A DNA stretch of 64,000 bases, from positions 7,915 to 71,914 of the forward strand of contig JAGFJJ010000068.1 of assembly GCA_024102815.1 (NCBI GenBank), in the 5' to 3' direction. Both the position numbers and the translations under genes were made by a program. The stretch is from Phycisphaerae bacterium. Its GTDB lineage: Bacteria > Planctomycetota > Phycisphaerae > UBA1845. Below the pieces are notes generated by a model that was not told the DNA's origin, searched no databases, and saw only the letters and a program-made list of their open reading frames with translations. Every line of letters begins with the position of its first letter. The first letter of the stretch is position 1. Positions 28,881 through 37,792 of the stretch are shown piece after piece.

Positions 28881-30094
28881 TGCGTATGGCGGCATTGCAA
28901 GACGTAACTGAGCTAAACCCTTCGACACCGCGGGAACTAAGCGAGCGCCCTGAGCTCCCTGTCAGTTTCGTGCCAATGACTGATGTCGGAGAGGATGGTC
29001 GTCTTCACAACGGCCAGGAGCGCCCAGTCGGCGAGTTACTGAAGGGCTATACGTACTTCTCTGAGGGCGACGTGCTAGTCGCGAAGATCACGCCGTGCAT
29101 GCAAAACGGTAAGGCGGCGCACGTGACCCGGCTGAAAAACAAACACGCGTTCGGTTCGACCGAATTCCACGTTCTTCGTCCCGGCCCGACGCTTGACGGT
29201 CGATACCTCTTTTACATGGTCTGGAATCCAGCGTTCAGGCACTACGCCGAGCAGCGATTCACAGGCTCTGCGGGCCAAAAGCGCGTTCCCGCGACCGCAG
29301 TCGCGGAATTCAAGATCCCAATTCCATTTCCGAATGATGCGAAGCGCAGTCTAAAGGAGCAGAAGCGGATCGCGGAGATCCTCGACAAGGCCGACGCCAT
29401 CCGGCAACAGCGCCAAGAAGCCGCCAAGCTGGCCGGTGACCTCATCCCGAGCTTATTCTACACGACCTTCGACGACTGGCTCCGTGCGCCTGTCGAAGAG
29501 ATGCGCAGGCTCGGCGACGAAGATCTTGCGGATATCGCGTCCGGCGTTACGAAGGGGCGTCGATTCAATGGTCAGCAGACTGTCATCGTTCCCTACATCC
29601 GCGTCGCAAATGTACAGGACGGGTATCTCGACCTTTCGGAGATCAAGACAATAGAAGTCCTGCCATCCGATGTTGAATCGCTGCGGCTCGAACACGGCGA
29701 TGTCCTTATGACAGAAGGTGGTGACTTCGATAAGCTCGGGCGTGGCACGATTTGGGAACATGATGTTCCCGATTGCATTCATCAGAACCATATCTTTCGC
29801 GTTCGGTGCAACAGGAACTTACTTCTGCCGCTGTACTTTGCGCATTACATCCGAAGCCACCTTGGCAAGGCGTATTTTCTCAGATGCGCAAAGAAGACAT
29901 CGAATCTCGCGACCATCAATAAAACTCAGTTGCGAGACTTGCCTGTCCCGCTGCCTCCCATAGCCTTGCAGAAGGCATTTGCCAAAGAAGTGAAAGGCAT
30001 CCGCAAAATACAGGGCCGCCACGCTGAAATATGCTATGCTGGCGATGACCTCTTCAACTCGTTGGCACAGCGGGCATTTCGGGGAGAGCTATGA
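28877..30094 (+). CDS. hsdS: type I R-M specificity subunit (two target-recognition domains)
   Basis: [23 protein letters not shown]...[10 protein letters not shown]...TGSAGQKRV...[19 protein letters not shown] and a second TRD. 4-bp overlap with hsdM. Confidence 0.85.
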   Translation: MMRMAALQDVTELNPSTPRELSERPELPVSFVPMTDVGEDGRLHNGQERPVGELLKGYTYFSEGDVLVAKITPCMQNGKAAHVTRLKNKHAFGSTEFHVLRPGPTLDGRYLFYMVWNPAFRHYAEQRFTGSAGQKRVPATAVAEFKIPIPFPNDAKRSLKEQKRIAEILDKADAIRQQRQEAAKLAGDLIPSLFYTTFDDWLRAPVEEMRRLGDEDLADIASGVTKGRRFNGQQTVIVPYIRVANVQDGYLDLSEIKTIEVLPSDVESLRLEHGDVLMTEGGDFDKLGRGTIWEHDVPDCIHQNHIFRVRCNRNLLLPLYFAHYIRSHLGKAYFLRCAKKTSNLATINKTQLRDLPVPLPPIALQKAFAKEVKGIRKIQGRHAEICYAGDDLFNSLAQRAFRGEL

Positions 30095-31404
30095 GCCACT
30101 TCGATAATAGGTTCCAAAACCACGCACTGCAGAACTCTCTGAAAGAGCTCCAACAGAAGATCGATTCCGCCAAGCTGAAACTGGACGATACCGCGCAAAC
30201 CGAAGGATACGCCCGGTTCTGCAAGATCGTGAGTCTCGCGAAGGGCGTACTTGAGACCGTCGATCCGGAACTTGTTACAGAGCAGGCGCTCAATCAGGTG
30301 CAGGGCGCCATCTCGAACATGTCTGCCCATTTCGATGCCTTTGTTGAAAAGAAGGATTGGAACCACCTCAACCAACCGGCCGACCAACTCCTGAACGTCC
30401 TCCACTTGCTGCCGCGAAACGAGCTGGCGGATGGCGATAGGCCATATGCCGAGCAAATCGCCAAGCTACAAGGCGCCGCTGAATCCGTAGTCGATGGTTT
30501 GCGCGCCGGTGCCGTGAAGATCGAAAAACAGCATCAACAGGTCGCCCAGAAGGTCAGCCAATTGGGTCAAAAGGTCGGTGCCTTCGAGAGCGAGATCGTT
30601 GAGCAGAAGAAACGCATCGACACCCTGATCAATGAGCAAACCACGCAGTTCTCTCAGAGGGCGGAAGAACGAAACACCAAGTTCAACGAGCAACATGGCC
30701 GATTCGAGCAAACCGAGAGCCAGCGGGCGCAGCAGTTTGCCGAGCGATTCGGGCAGTTCAAAACTGAGCACAAAGAAGTAACGAACGAAATCCGCGAGTC
30801 GGCGAAGAAGCTCTTGGATGAACAGCGCACCGCCTTCGATACGCTTGTTTCAGAGCATCGCTCAGAATCCCAGGAGGTGCTCGACGAGCTCAAGGTCAAT
30901 CTCGAAGAAGCGGCCAAGATTGTGGGGCTGATCGGGAACACGGGCCTAACTGGAAACTACCAGCGCGTGGCGAACGCGGAGAAGAAGATCGCTGACCTCT
31001 TTCGCTGGATCGCCATAGGATGCATGTTGGTGATGGTTGTGTGTGTCGTTCTCATCGTGCGAAACATCACCGCGCAGGACTTCAACTGGGAAATAGCGCT
31101 GTTCCGTCTACTCGCGGCGATCGCTTTCGGAGCGCCGGCATGGTACTGCGCGCACGAATCCACGCGTCACCGCAGAAATGAGCATCGAAACCGCCGCATC
31201 GAACTGGAATTGGCGTCCCTGAGCCCATACTTGGCTGAGATGCCGGATGAGGAACGACGTAAGATCATCGCTGAACTCTCAAAGGATTACTTTGGCCGCG
31301 AGGATGATCTGGGGCAAGACGAGATCGTCAACAAGCTAAAGCACCTTCGCGGCGAGGACCTGATCAAGCTGATGGAGCGATTGCTGAAGGCAGCGCGGCC
31401 ATGA
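30091..31404 (+). CDS. coiled-coil protein with two predicted transmembrane helices, translationally coupled to hsdS
   Basis: ATGA overlap with the hsdS stop. Long Gln/Glu/Lys-rich helical N-terminal region. Hydrophobic helices WIAIGCMLVMVVCVVLIV and LFRLLAAIAFGAPAWYCA. No family recognised. Confidence 0.65.
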   Translation: MSHFDNRFQNHALQNSLKELQQKIDSAKLKLDDTAQTEGYARFCKIVSLAKGVLETVDPELVTEQALNQVQGAISNMSAHFDAFVEKKDWNHLNQPADQLLNVLHLLPRNELADGDRPYAEQIAKLQGAAESVVDGLRAGAVKIEKQHQQVAQKVSQLGQKVGAFESEIVEQKKRIDTLINEQTTQFSQRAEERNTKFNEQHGRFEQTESQRAQQFAERFGQFKTEHKEVTNEIRESAKKLLDEQRTAFDTLVSEHRSESQEVLDELKVNLEEAAKIVGLIGNTGLTGNYQRVANAEKKIADLFRWIAIGCMLVMVVCVVLIVRNITAQDFNWEIALFRLLAAIAFGAPAWYCAHESTRHRRNEHRNRRIELELASLSPYLAEMPDEERRKIIAELSKDYFGREDDLGQDEIVNKLKHLRGEDLIKLMERLLKAARP

Positions 31405-31556
31405 AAGTGAACGGGAAGATCGACAAACGCCGCACGAGATTCGTATTGAGTAGCGCCGCGCCGGCCGGACTAGGGGGCGCATTAAATGGCGATTGACTGG
31501 ATATCGGCCACGGAACCGTTCAACTCGCTTGTACAGCGAGCGTCTCGAGGAGAGCT

Positions 31557-32210
31557 ATGAGCATCCGGGCAAGGATCGAAGATGCAGTTGTGCTGTGGCA
31601 CACTGGCCGGCGCGAGGGCGCCCTTCTCTCGGCGCTTGTCGCAGCGGCTGCAACATCGCGGAAACGCTATCCTAAGGGGCGGCACGCTTACGATCGGCGT
31701 CGTTCTCTAGTGCGGAGAGCGATCAACGGGCTCTTTGGCCGAGGGTCAAAGACCAACGCAGCACCACCGCACAAGCCCAATGTTTCCGACATTCATGGAA
31801 ACATGGAAATGGGCAAATACTGGCCATCTTCCGACAAGGAAAACAGGCTGAAGAAACCCAGAGGTGACCGCGTCGCCTTTACTCAATTCGTGCATGACGA
31901 GATGCGCCTGATCGGCGGGCCGGAGAACTTCAATCTGAAATTCAGAGGCGAAATGTGGCCACTCCAAGAACTCCTTTACACGTTCATCCGTTGCGAGCTG
32001 GCCCACGAGGCAGGCATACCGCGGGACATCGTTTTTGAGCCGGGTGATCAGTTCTCCATATGTGTCACTGACGAGCAACTTACGCTGCCTGAGATTCTGG
32101 TCGATCGCATCGCATCGGCCGTACGGCTGGCGCCGGAGAATGCGAGCGACTTCGAGAATTGGGACGAGTGGATTGTGGACACCTTTAGTAGCCGCAGTGA
32201 AGAGCTATGA
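31557..32210 (+). CDS. hypothetical protein
   Basis: GAGGAGAG upstream of the ATG. 217 aa with ordinary composition. No family recognised. Confidence 0.5.
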   Translation: MSIRARIEDAVVLWHTGRREGALLSALVAAAATSRKRYPKGRHAYDRRRSLVRRAINGLFGRGSKTNAAPPHKPNVSDIHGNMEMGKYWPSSDKENRLKKPRGDRVAFTQFVHDEMRLIGGPENFNLKFRGEMWPLQELLYTFIRCELAHEAGIPRDIVFEPGDQFSICVTDEQLTLPEILVDRIASAVRLAPENASDFENWDEWIVDTFSSRSEEL

Positions 32211-32229
32211 ATATTGTAGGAGTTGCCCC

Positions 32230-32547
32230 ATGTCCGAAATCGTGAAACGAGTTTCGCTACATTTTCCGGAAGAGAATTTGACCACCACGGCAAAAGTAGC
32301 TAACGCGATCATTCGCCCCGTCTACATTCGAGAAGAAGGTGAGGACACCTGTGTTTACTTACTCGTTGACGATAAGGAACAAACCACGGATGCTGATTTC
32401 TTCCTGCTGGCAACCAATGAAGCGATGCCCCCACGCCGAAACGCGGAATGGTTAGGTTCTTACGTGCGCGGCGACGGCGAAGTTTGGCACTTATTCGTCG
32501 AGCATCGCGCGGATAAAGGCCACAAATTCTGGAAGGCTTATGCATGA
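32230..32547 (+). CDS. hypothetical protein
   Basis: Internal ATG 32230 (MSEIVKRVSLHF...) lies 8 nt after AGGAG. The upstream part of track ORF 32035..32547 overlaps the previous gene. Confidence 0.4.
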   Translation: MSEIVKRVSLHFPEENLTTTAKVANAIIRPVYIREEGEDTCVYLLVDDKEQTTDADFFLLATNEAMPPRRNAEWLGSYVRGDGEVWHLFVEHRADKGHKFWKAYA

Positions 32548-32713
32548 AGGCCGCTGGCGAACGATGCTGAATATGATGGACGGACTCCGATCGACAAGGG
32601 CTGGGCACCTTGGATCATCCCGCGACGGTGGTGATCTTATCCATCTGCTCGATCAACGGGTGTTCTGAGGGATGTTATAGAGGCAACGACGCGGAAAAAA
32701 GCGAGAACGGCAA

Positions 32714-34633
32714 ATGGCGGACGACTATCAAATCCAGGTCAACTTCTTGCCGATCGTCGGTGAACTGCCGAGCTTCGAGGTGTACCGCCGGCTCCGCAAA
32801 GATCCACAGGAAGAAAGACCAAGCTCCGAGAGTATGTCGCATTCGCTGCCTGTCTCGGGCTCAGACCTTGAAGAGCGAGCATCTTACTGGGTGAGCTTCA
32901 CGCCCACGGATTCCTTCGAACGTGTTCCAGTGGAGCCCTCGTTCAACCACGACTTAACGCGCGCCTTGCTGTTCCGGTGCATGCGTGATGCTGCAACGCA
33001 GAAGCTCCAGTCGGAGGAGTTTCACATTCCAGATCGCGGTTTCGTGGACGAGATCAGCTTCGTCATGGCGCGGCATCGGGAAGGACAAGAGCTACTCGTT
33101 GTTCAGCCGTACTACCTGCGAGCGACAGGACGCTTTGGATATCTTGTAGACTTTCATTTCCGGCTCGCCGACGACGTTCCGTTCTCGCGCCGCGTACAGC
33201 AGTTGAGCCTCAGCCTGGATCGGAACTTTCATCGGAACCTGGACTACTACGTCGACCGAACAAGTCGAATTCGGGCATTCCTACAGACGCAGAAGGCCCT
33301 CCTCGCGTCGCTTTCTGTGCCAGGAGCTTCCGTGCCCATGCGGATCTCAGACGAATTCGTGGACTTGCGGGCATTCCGCCTGCGATCGCGTTCATACGTC
33401 TTCGGCGCCGGACGTGAATCGCGGAGCCAATTCGTGGGCCTGAAAGAGCACGGGCCCATGAAGCCGTTGGAAACATCGCCTCGGCTACTGTTCTTCTTTC
33501 GAGAGCAGGACCGCACCGCGGCACGGAAACTAGCAATGTCGCTACGCGGATCGGGTGGCCGGGAGAGGTTCGCGTTTCCCGGCTTTCGTGCCCTTTTCAA
33601 GACGGACCTAACGCTCGATTCAGATCCAATCGTGTTGCCCGACTTCTCCCAGGCAGCGATGGCTAACGCGCTCGCACGCGTCAAGGAAGAGGATGGCCTA
33701 GTGCTGCCCGTTCTTGTTCTGCCAGATGATGACGAGAACGCGTATCTGACGCACAAGGCCACGTTCGTGCATGCAGGAATACCGTCCCAGGTCTGCACGC
33801 TTCCCGTCATCCAAGATGACGACACGCTCAAGTGGTCGATCGCGAACATTGCGTTGCAGATCTTTTGTAAGGCCGGTGGACAACCCTGGAAGGTGCGCCC
33901 GACGGGTGAGCCTTCGGTTATCATCGGCATCAGCCAATCACACAAACTGCGCCGAAAAGACGAATCCATAACAGTCGAGAAGTACTTCGCGTTCTCCGTC
34001 ATGACTGATAGCAGCGGGCTGTTCCAGCGGATCCAAATACTGGGGGAGGCGAGTGACGAGCTTTCGTACCTGGACCAGCTGCGAACCAGCCTCGCGCAGG
34101 TATTGGCGGAGACGTCGCAGCGCTTTTCCCGAGTCGTGATTCACACGTCGTTCAAGCTTCGCCACCGCGAGATGGACGCCATTCACAAGACTGTCGCTCA
34201 GGCGGCCGGCAAGACGGATCGCACTCAATGCCGTTTTGCCGTTGTCAAAGTCAATCACCGCCATCGGTTCTTCGGAGTCAATCGAGCGGTCAATAGCCTA
34301 GTACCGTTTGAAGCCACCGCTGTGCGGCTTGGCCCTGGTGAGTATCTTGTCTGGTTTGAGGGCATATTCCCTGATAAGCCTACCGTTACCAAGGCATTCC
34401 CGGGTCCTACGCACCTCAAGTTCCTTCGCGTCAGCGACGACAATGCGATCACGGACAATGAGTTGCTTCAGGACTTGGTCAATCTGTCGGGAGCGAATTG
34501 GAGGGGCTTCAATGCAAAAAGTGCTCCCGTCTCCGTGTTTTACTGTCACCTCGTTGCGAATCTCGTCCATGACTTCCACGAGCGTGGCCTGCCACTTCCG
34601 GCTGTCCAGGATCTGCGTCCGTGGTTCTTATGA
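32714..34633 (+). CDS. prokaryotic Argonaute (MID-PIWI), catalytically inactive
   Basis: MID 5'-end pocket YLTHKATFVHAGIPSQV. KAGGQPWKV. The PIWI first catalytic position reads VIIGISQSH (no Asp) and the RDG position reads VVIHTSFKL. C-terminal PVSVFYCHLVANLV. ~270-aa N-terminal region with no recognisable PAZ. Confidence 0.85.
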   Translation: MADDYQIQVNFLPIVGELPSFEVYRRLRKDPQEERPSSESMSHSLPVSGSDLEERASYWVSFTPTDSFERVPVEPSFNHDLTRALLFRCMRDAATQKLQSEEFHIPDRGFVDEISFVMARHREGQELLVVQPYYLRATGRFGYLVDFHFRLADDVPFSRRVQQLSLSLDRNFHRNLDYYVDRTSRIRAFLQTQKALLASLSVPGASVPMRISDEFVDLRAFRLRSRSYVFGAGRESRSQFVGLKEHGPMKPLETSPRLLFFFREQDRTAARKLAMSLRGSGGRERFAFPGFRALFKTDLTLDSDPIVLPDFSQAAMANALARVKEEDGLVLPVLVLPDDDENAYLTHKATFVHAGIPSQVCTLPVIQDDDTLKWSIANIALQIFCKAGGQPWKVRPTGEPSVIIGISQSHKLRRKDESITVEKYFAFSVMTDSSGLFQRIQILGEASDELSYLDQLRTSLAQVLAETSQRFSRVVIHTSFKLRHREMDAIHKTVAQAAGKTDRTQCRFAVVKVNHRHRFFGVNRAVNSLVPFEATAVRLGPGEYLVWFEGIFPDKPTVTKAFPGPTHLKFLRVSDDNAITDNELLQDLVNLSGANWRGFNAKSAPVSVFYCHLVANLVHDFHERGLPLPAVQDLRPWFL

Positions 34634-34639
34634 GGTCGC

Positions 34640-35743
34640 GTGATGACAACTCGCTCTAAGGACATAATCCTGCTCTTCGGCGCCGGCGCAAGCGCCGAGG
34701 CGGGTATTCCGACATCAGGGCAGATGATCGAGAGAATCGAATCGCTCTTCACGTCGCATGATGACTGGAAGCCGTACTACGACCTGTACAACCACGTGAA
34801 GAGTGCAATCTACTACGCCGCAGGGCTCAAAGGACAATTCAACGCGGACGTGCTCTACAATATTGAGACCCTGGTGAACACCCTTTATGAATTGGAGCGT
34901 AACGAGGATCACCCGCTCTACCCATTTATCGCCTCCTGGAACTCCCGCCTCGTCGCCTTGGCGCAGGGGGACTTCGCAGGTGTCCGCTCCCTCCGCAGCT
35001 TGATCCTGCGAGAGCTGAAGGGCTGGGTATGCCCAGACGATACAACCCCGGCCGACTACTATCGGGGCTTACTGCAGCTTCAACGTGATCTCAACTACCC
35101 GCTCCGAATCTTCTCGCTGAATTACGACTTGCTTGTTGAACGGCTCGAATCACCTGAGTTTCACATTGAGACTGGTTTCGCAGGGTACGGTCCGAGCCAC
35201 ATCTGGGACTGGGAAAGGTTTGAGGATAGCGAGTCGTCACCTAACCCCTTGCCGCAGGCCTTCCTGTACAAGCTTCACGGCTCGATCAACTGGAAGCGTG
35301 ACGACGCGACGAAGAACCTTTACCGCGTCGAGCACGTCGCAACCGTCGAGCCCGAACGAATGGAAGTGATCTTCGGCCGAGACTTTAAGCTGGAAGCCGC
35401 CGATCCTTATTTGTTCTATGCGTATGAGTTTCGCAAGTTCACGCTGATTGCGAAGCTAATCGTCACTGTAGGATATGGCTTCGGAGATGCCCATATCAAC
35501 AAGATGTTGACCCAAAGCCTCCGGGATGAGGGTAGCAGAAAACTTATCGTCGTGGCGCGATGTGCTGACGAGGAAGAACGTCGCGCCAGGCGACAGGATA
35601 TCGAGGATCGTTTGGAGCTTGACGAAGGACACGATGATCAAATCGACGTGCGTTCAGAATCGGCGTGTGATTTCCTGGGAATGAACGAGCTGAGCAATGT
35701 CCTCTTGTCAGCAATACCTGAGAGCCCGAACGCGCCCTTCTAA
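34640..35743 (+). CDS. SIR2-family protein (pAgo-associated effector candidate)
   Basis: LLFGAGASAEAGIPTSGQM (GAGxSxxxGIP), FSLNYDLLVE, LYKLHGSINW (catalytic His context). Starts 7 bp after the pAgo stop (GTG 34640 or ATG 34643). Too short (367 aa) to carry an APAZ domain. Confidence 0.8.
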   Translation: MMTTRSKDIILLFGAGASAEAGIPTSGQMIERIESLFTSHDDWKPYYDLYNHVKSAIYYAAGLKGQFNADVLYNIETLVNTLYELERNEDHPLYPFIASWNSRLVALAQGDFAGVRSLRSLILRELKGWVCPDDTTPADYYRGLLQLQRDLNYPLRIFSLNYDLLVERLESPEFHIETGFAGYGPSHIWDWERFEDSESSPNPLPQAFLYKLHGSINWKRDDATKNLYRVEHVATVEPERMEVIFGRDFKLEAADPYLFYAYEFRKFTLIAKLIVTVGYGFGDAHINKMLTQSLRDEGSRKLIVVARCADEEERRARRQDIEDRLELDEGHDDQIDVRSESACDFLGMNELSNVLLSAIPESPNAPF

Positions 35744-35767
35744 GGTGATGGAATCGCGGCGGACCGC

Positions 35768-37618
35768 GTGCTTGCCGACTGTAACCAAGGTGCTCTGGAA
35801 CTGATCTTGAACATCGACGAATGCCAACTTGACGAAGTTCTGGACCGATTCGACGGGCAGACCGCGCCTTTCGACGAAGTCGAGATCACGGAAGCCATAC
35901 AGACCCTGGCGCACGCGCGTGGGGATGTTCAAAAGCTCAGCGAACATGAACTTGCCGAGGGGATGGCGTTTAGCTTTGCCACCACGTGTCCAGAGGAGCC
36001 GTCACCGTGGGGAACGTACTACGGACCCAAGAACGAGTGGCAGACCAAGAGCGGGGAACGCGTCGAGCGCCCCAGCATCAAGAGCGTGTCGGAGAGCATG
36101 CTCAAGTACTGGGAGTGTCGCCTCGAGAAAGCGAAGCACCCGCGACTTCGAGCCAGATACGCAGATCTGATCTTTGATTTTACAGAGAAGATCACAGGCA
36201 AGAAGCCGGACTACCAGCTTGCACACGTGGTTATTGACGAGACAGTTCAACTCGTCGAGGAACGGCTATTTCATTTCATGAGTGATGTCCGTGTCAAACT
36301 GACACGAGCCTTAGATCTTGCCGTCCGGCTCAACGACCAGGAGAGAATCAAGCGAGTGTGCGACGCCATTATCGCTTGTGAGGAGAAGAGCTTAGATAAC
36401 GACGGTGATGCGGCTCGCGGTCTTGCATTCGACCTTCTTGTTGAAGGCGACCATAAGGTGAAGCTCAGTGAGCAACAGGAAGCGGGCGTGATCGCTGGAC
36501 TCGAGAAACACCTCGTGTGCGTAGCGACAGGTGAGCCGCCGAAGTTTGACCCATTCGGCACCGAATCTTCGGCACTGCGGCTCGCGCACTACTATCGGCG
36601 CAAAAAGCGCGGTGACGACCTTCAACGCGTCCTACGCCTTTACACCGATGCATGGATTCGCATCTCGAGCGAGGCTTGGCCGATGCTGGGCGCCACTTGG
36701 CTGGAGAAGGTCCACAAGGTGCTGCTCGACTTCGGTCGGAAACAAGACGCAGACGCCCTGGAGGTTCGACTCCGGAAGTTGGCCGGCAGGTCGCACGAGA
36801 ATATGGCTACAATTCGTCATAGCGTCCAGTTTACCCAAGAGGAGGTTGATGAGTTCCTCAATGCTACGACCGCCGGTGATTTGCATACGACCCTGGCGCG
36901 CATCGCTGTCCAATTCCTGCCGGATCCCGAGGACGCCAAGAAGCAGGTGCTCGATACTGCCGAACAGTCTCCGCTCTTTTCACTTTTCACCAAGCGGATC
37001 ATCGATTGGGACGGGAGAGTCATCGCCGATGTCGGATCGCCAGAGAACGACATGGAGGGACAGGTCGCCCACGAGATAGGAGAAAGTATGGGCTTCTGGG
37101 TCCCGTTCCTTCGGGCGACCATCGAGAAGATGGGCGAGAAGTACGCTGTTTCTCCGGACGACATTCTTGATTTTCTATATCTATCGCCAGCGCTCACCGA
37201 GGATCGGCGCGACCTGATTCGCGCTGGGGTCGATGCGTACCTTAACGGCCAGTGCGCATTGGCGGTACACATTCTGGTGCCGCAAATCGAGGGCGCCGTG
37301 AGGAACTTGGTCGGCGGACTTGGCGGGCCGGTACTCGAACGCGGTCGCCATGGAGGAATGAATCTGAGAAACCTCGATAAGCTGCTCCGGGATGAGCGAT
37401 TGACTGCCGCGCTAACTGATCGCGTGTCAGTTTATCTGCGCGTTTTGTTCACCGACCAGCGCGGCTGGAACGCACGCAACAACATCTGCCATGGCCTTCT
37501 ACCAGGGGCACAGATTGGAACACCCATAGCGGATCGAGTGTTTCATGCCCTGTTGCTTCTCGGAGCACTGCGCGAAGGAACGCCGGCACCCGACGAGGAG
37601 AAAGGCAGCGGTAGCTGA
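35768..37618 (+). CDS. DUF4209-like protein
   Basis: The C-terminal GWNARNNICHGLL fits the RNxxxHG signature I associate with DUF4209. Large helical protein with a GTG start 25 bp after the SIR2 stop. Confidence 0.6.
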   Translation: MLADCNQGALELILNIDECQLDEVLDRFDGQTAPFDEVEITEAIQTLAHARGDVQKLSEHELAEGMAFSFATTCPEEPSPWGTYYGPKNEWQTKSGERVERPSIKSVSESMLKYWECRLEKAKHPRLRARYADLIFDFTEKITGKKPDYQLAHVVIDETVQLVEERLFHFMSDVRVKLTRALDLAVRLNDQERIKRVCDAIIACEEKSLDNDGDAARGLAFDLLVEGDHKVKLSEQQEAGVIAGLEKHLVCVATGEPPKFDPFGTESSALRLAHYYRRKKRGDDLQRVLRLYTDAWIRISSEAWPMLGATWLEKVHKVLLDFGRKQDADALEVRLRKLAGRSHENMATIRHSVQFTQEEVDEFLNATTAGDLHTTLARIAVQFLPDPEDAKKQVLDTAEQSPLFSLFTKRIIDWDGRVIADVGSPENDMEGQVAHEIGESMGFWVPFLRATIEKMGEKYAVSPDDILDFLYLSPALTEDRRDLIRAGVDAYLNGQCALAVHILVPQIEGAVRNLVGGLGGPVLERGRHGGMNLRNLDKLLRDERLTAALTDRVSVYLRVLFTDQRGWNARNNICHGLLPGAQIGTPIADRVFHALLLLGALREGTPAPDEEKGSGS

Positions 37619-37732
37619 CGTGTACAAACAGGCTTGCATCCGGACAAGTCGCCTTGTGCTGTTGCTCGCGGGCAGATGCGCACGAATGGGCCTGCGAGGC
37701 CCTGGAGGGTTCCCGTGGTCATGGTGGCGGAG

Positions 37733-37747
37733 TGGCACGGCGGTTGC
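37733..37747 (+). promoter_or_regulatory. candidate sigma-54 (-24/-12) promoter upstream of the DUF2130 gene
   Basis: gTGGCACG-GCGG-TTGCc matches TGGCACG-N4-TTGC exactly in both core boxes. ~46 bp upstream of ATG 37793, with AAGGAG in between. Confidence 0.55.
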
Positions 37748-37792
37748 CCTTAGGCAGGTAAAGATGACTGACACGATGGCAAGGAGAATAAA

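Noticed and set aside
30083-30096. The 14-mer GGAGAGCTATGAGC is repeated at 31548..31561, and both copies span gene starts.
   Set aside because: Each copy is an SD plus ATG context. A single 14-nt coincidence in 64 kb is within chance expectation.
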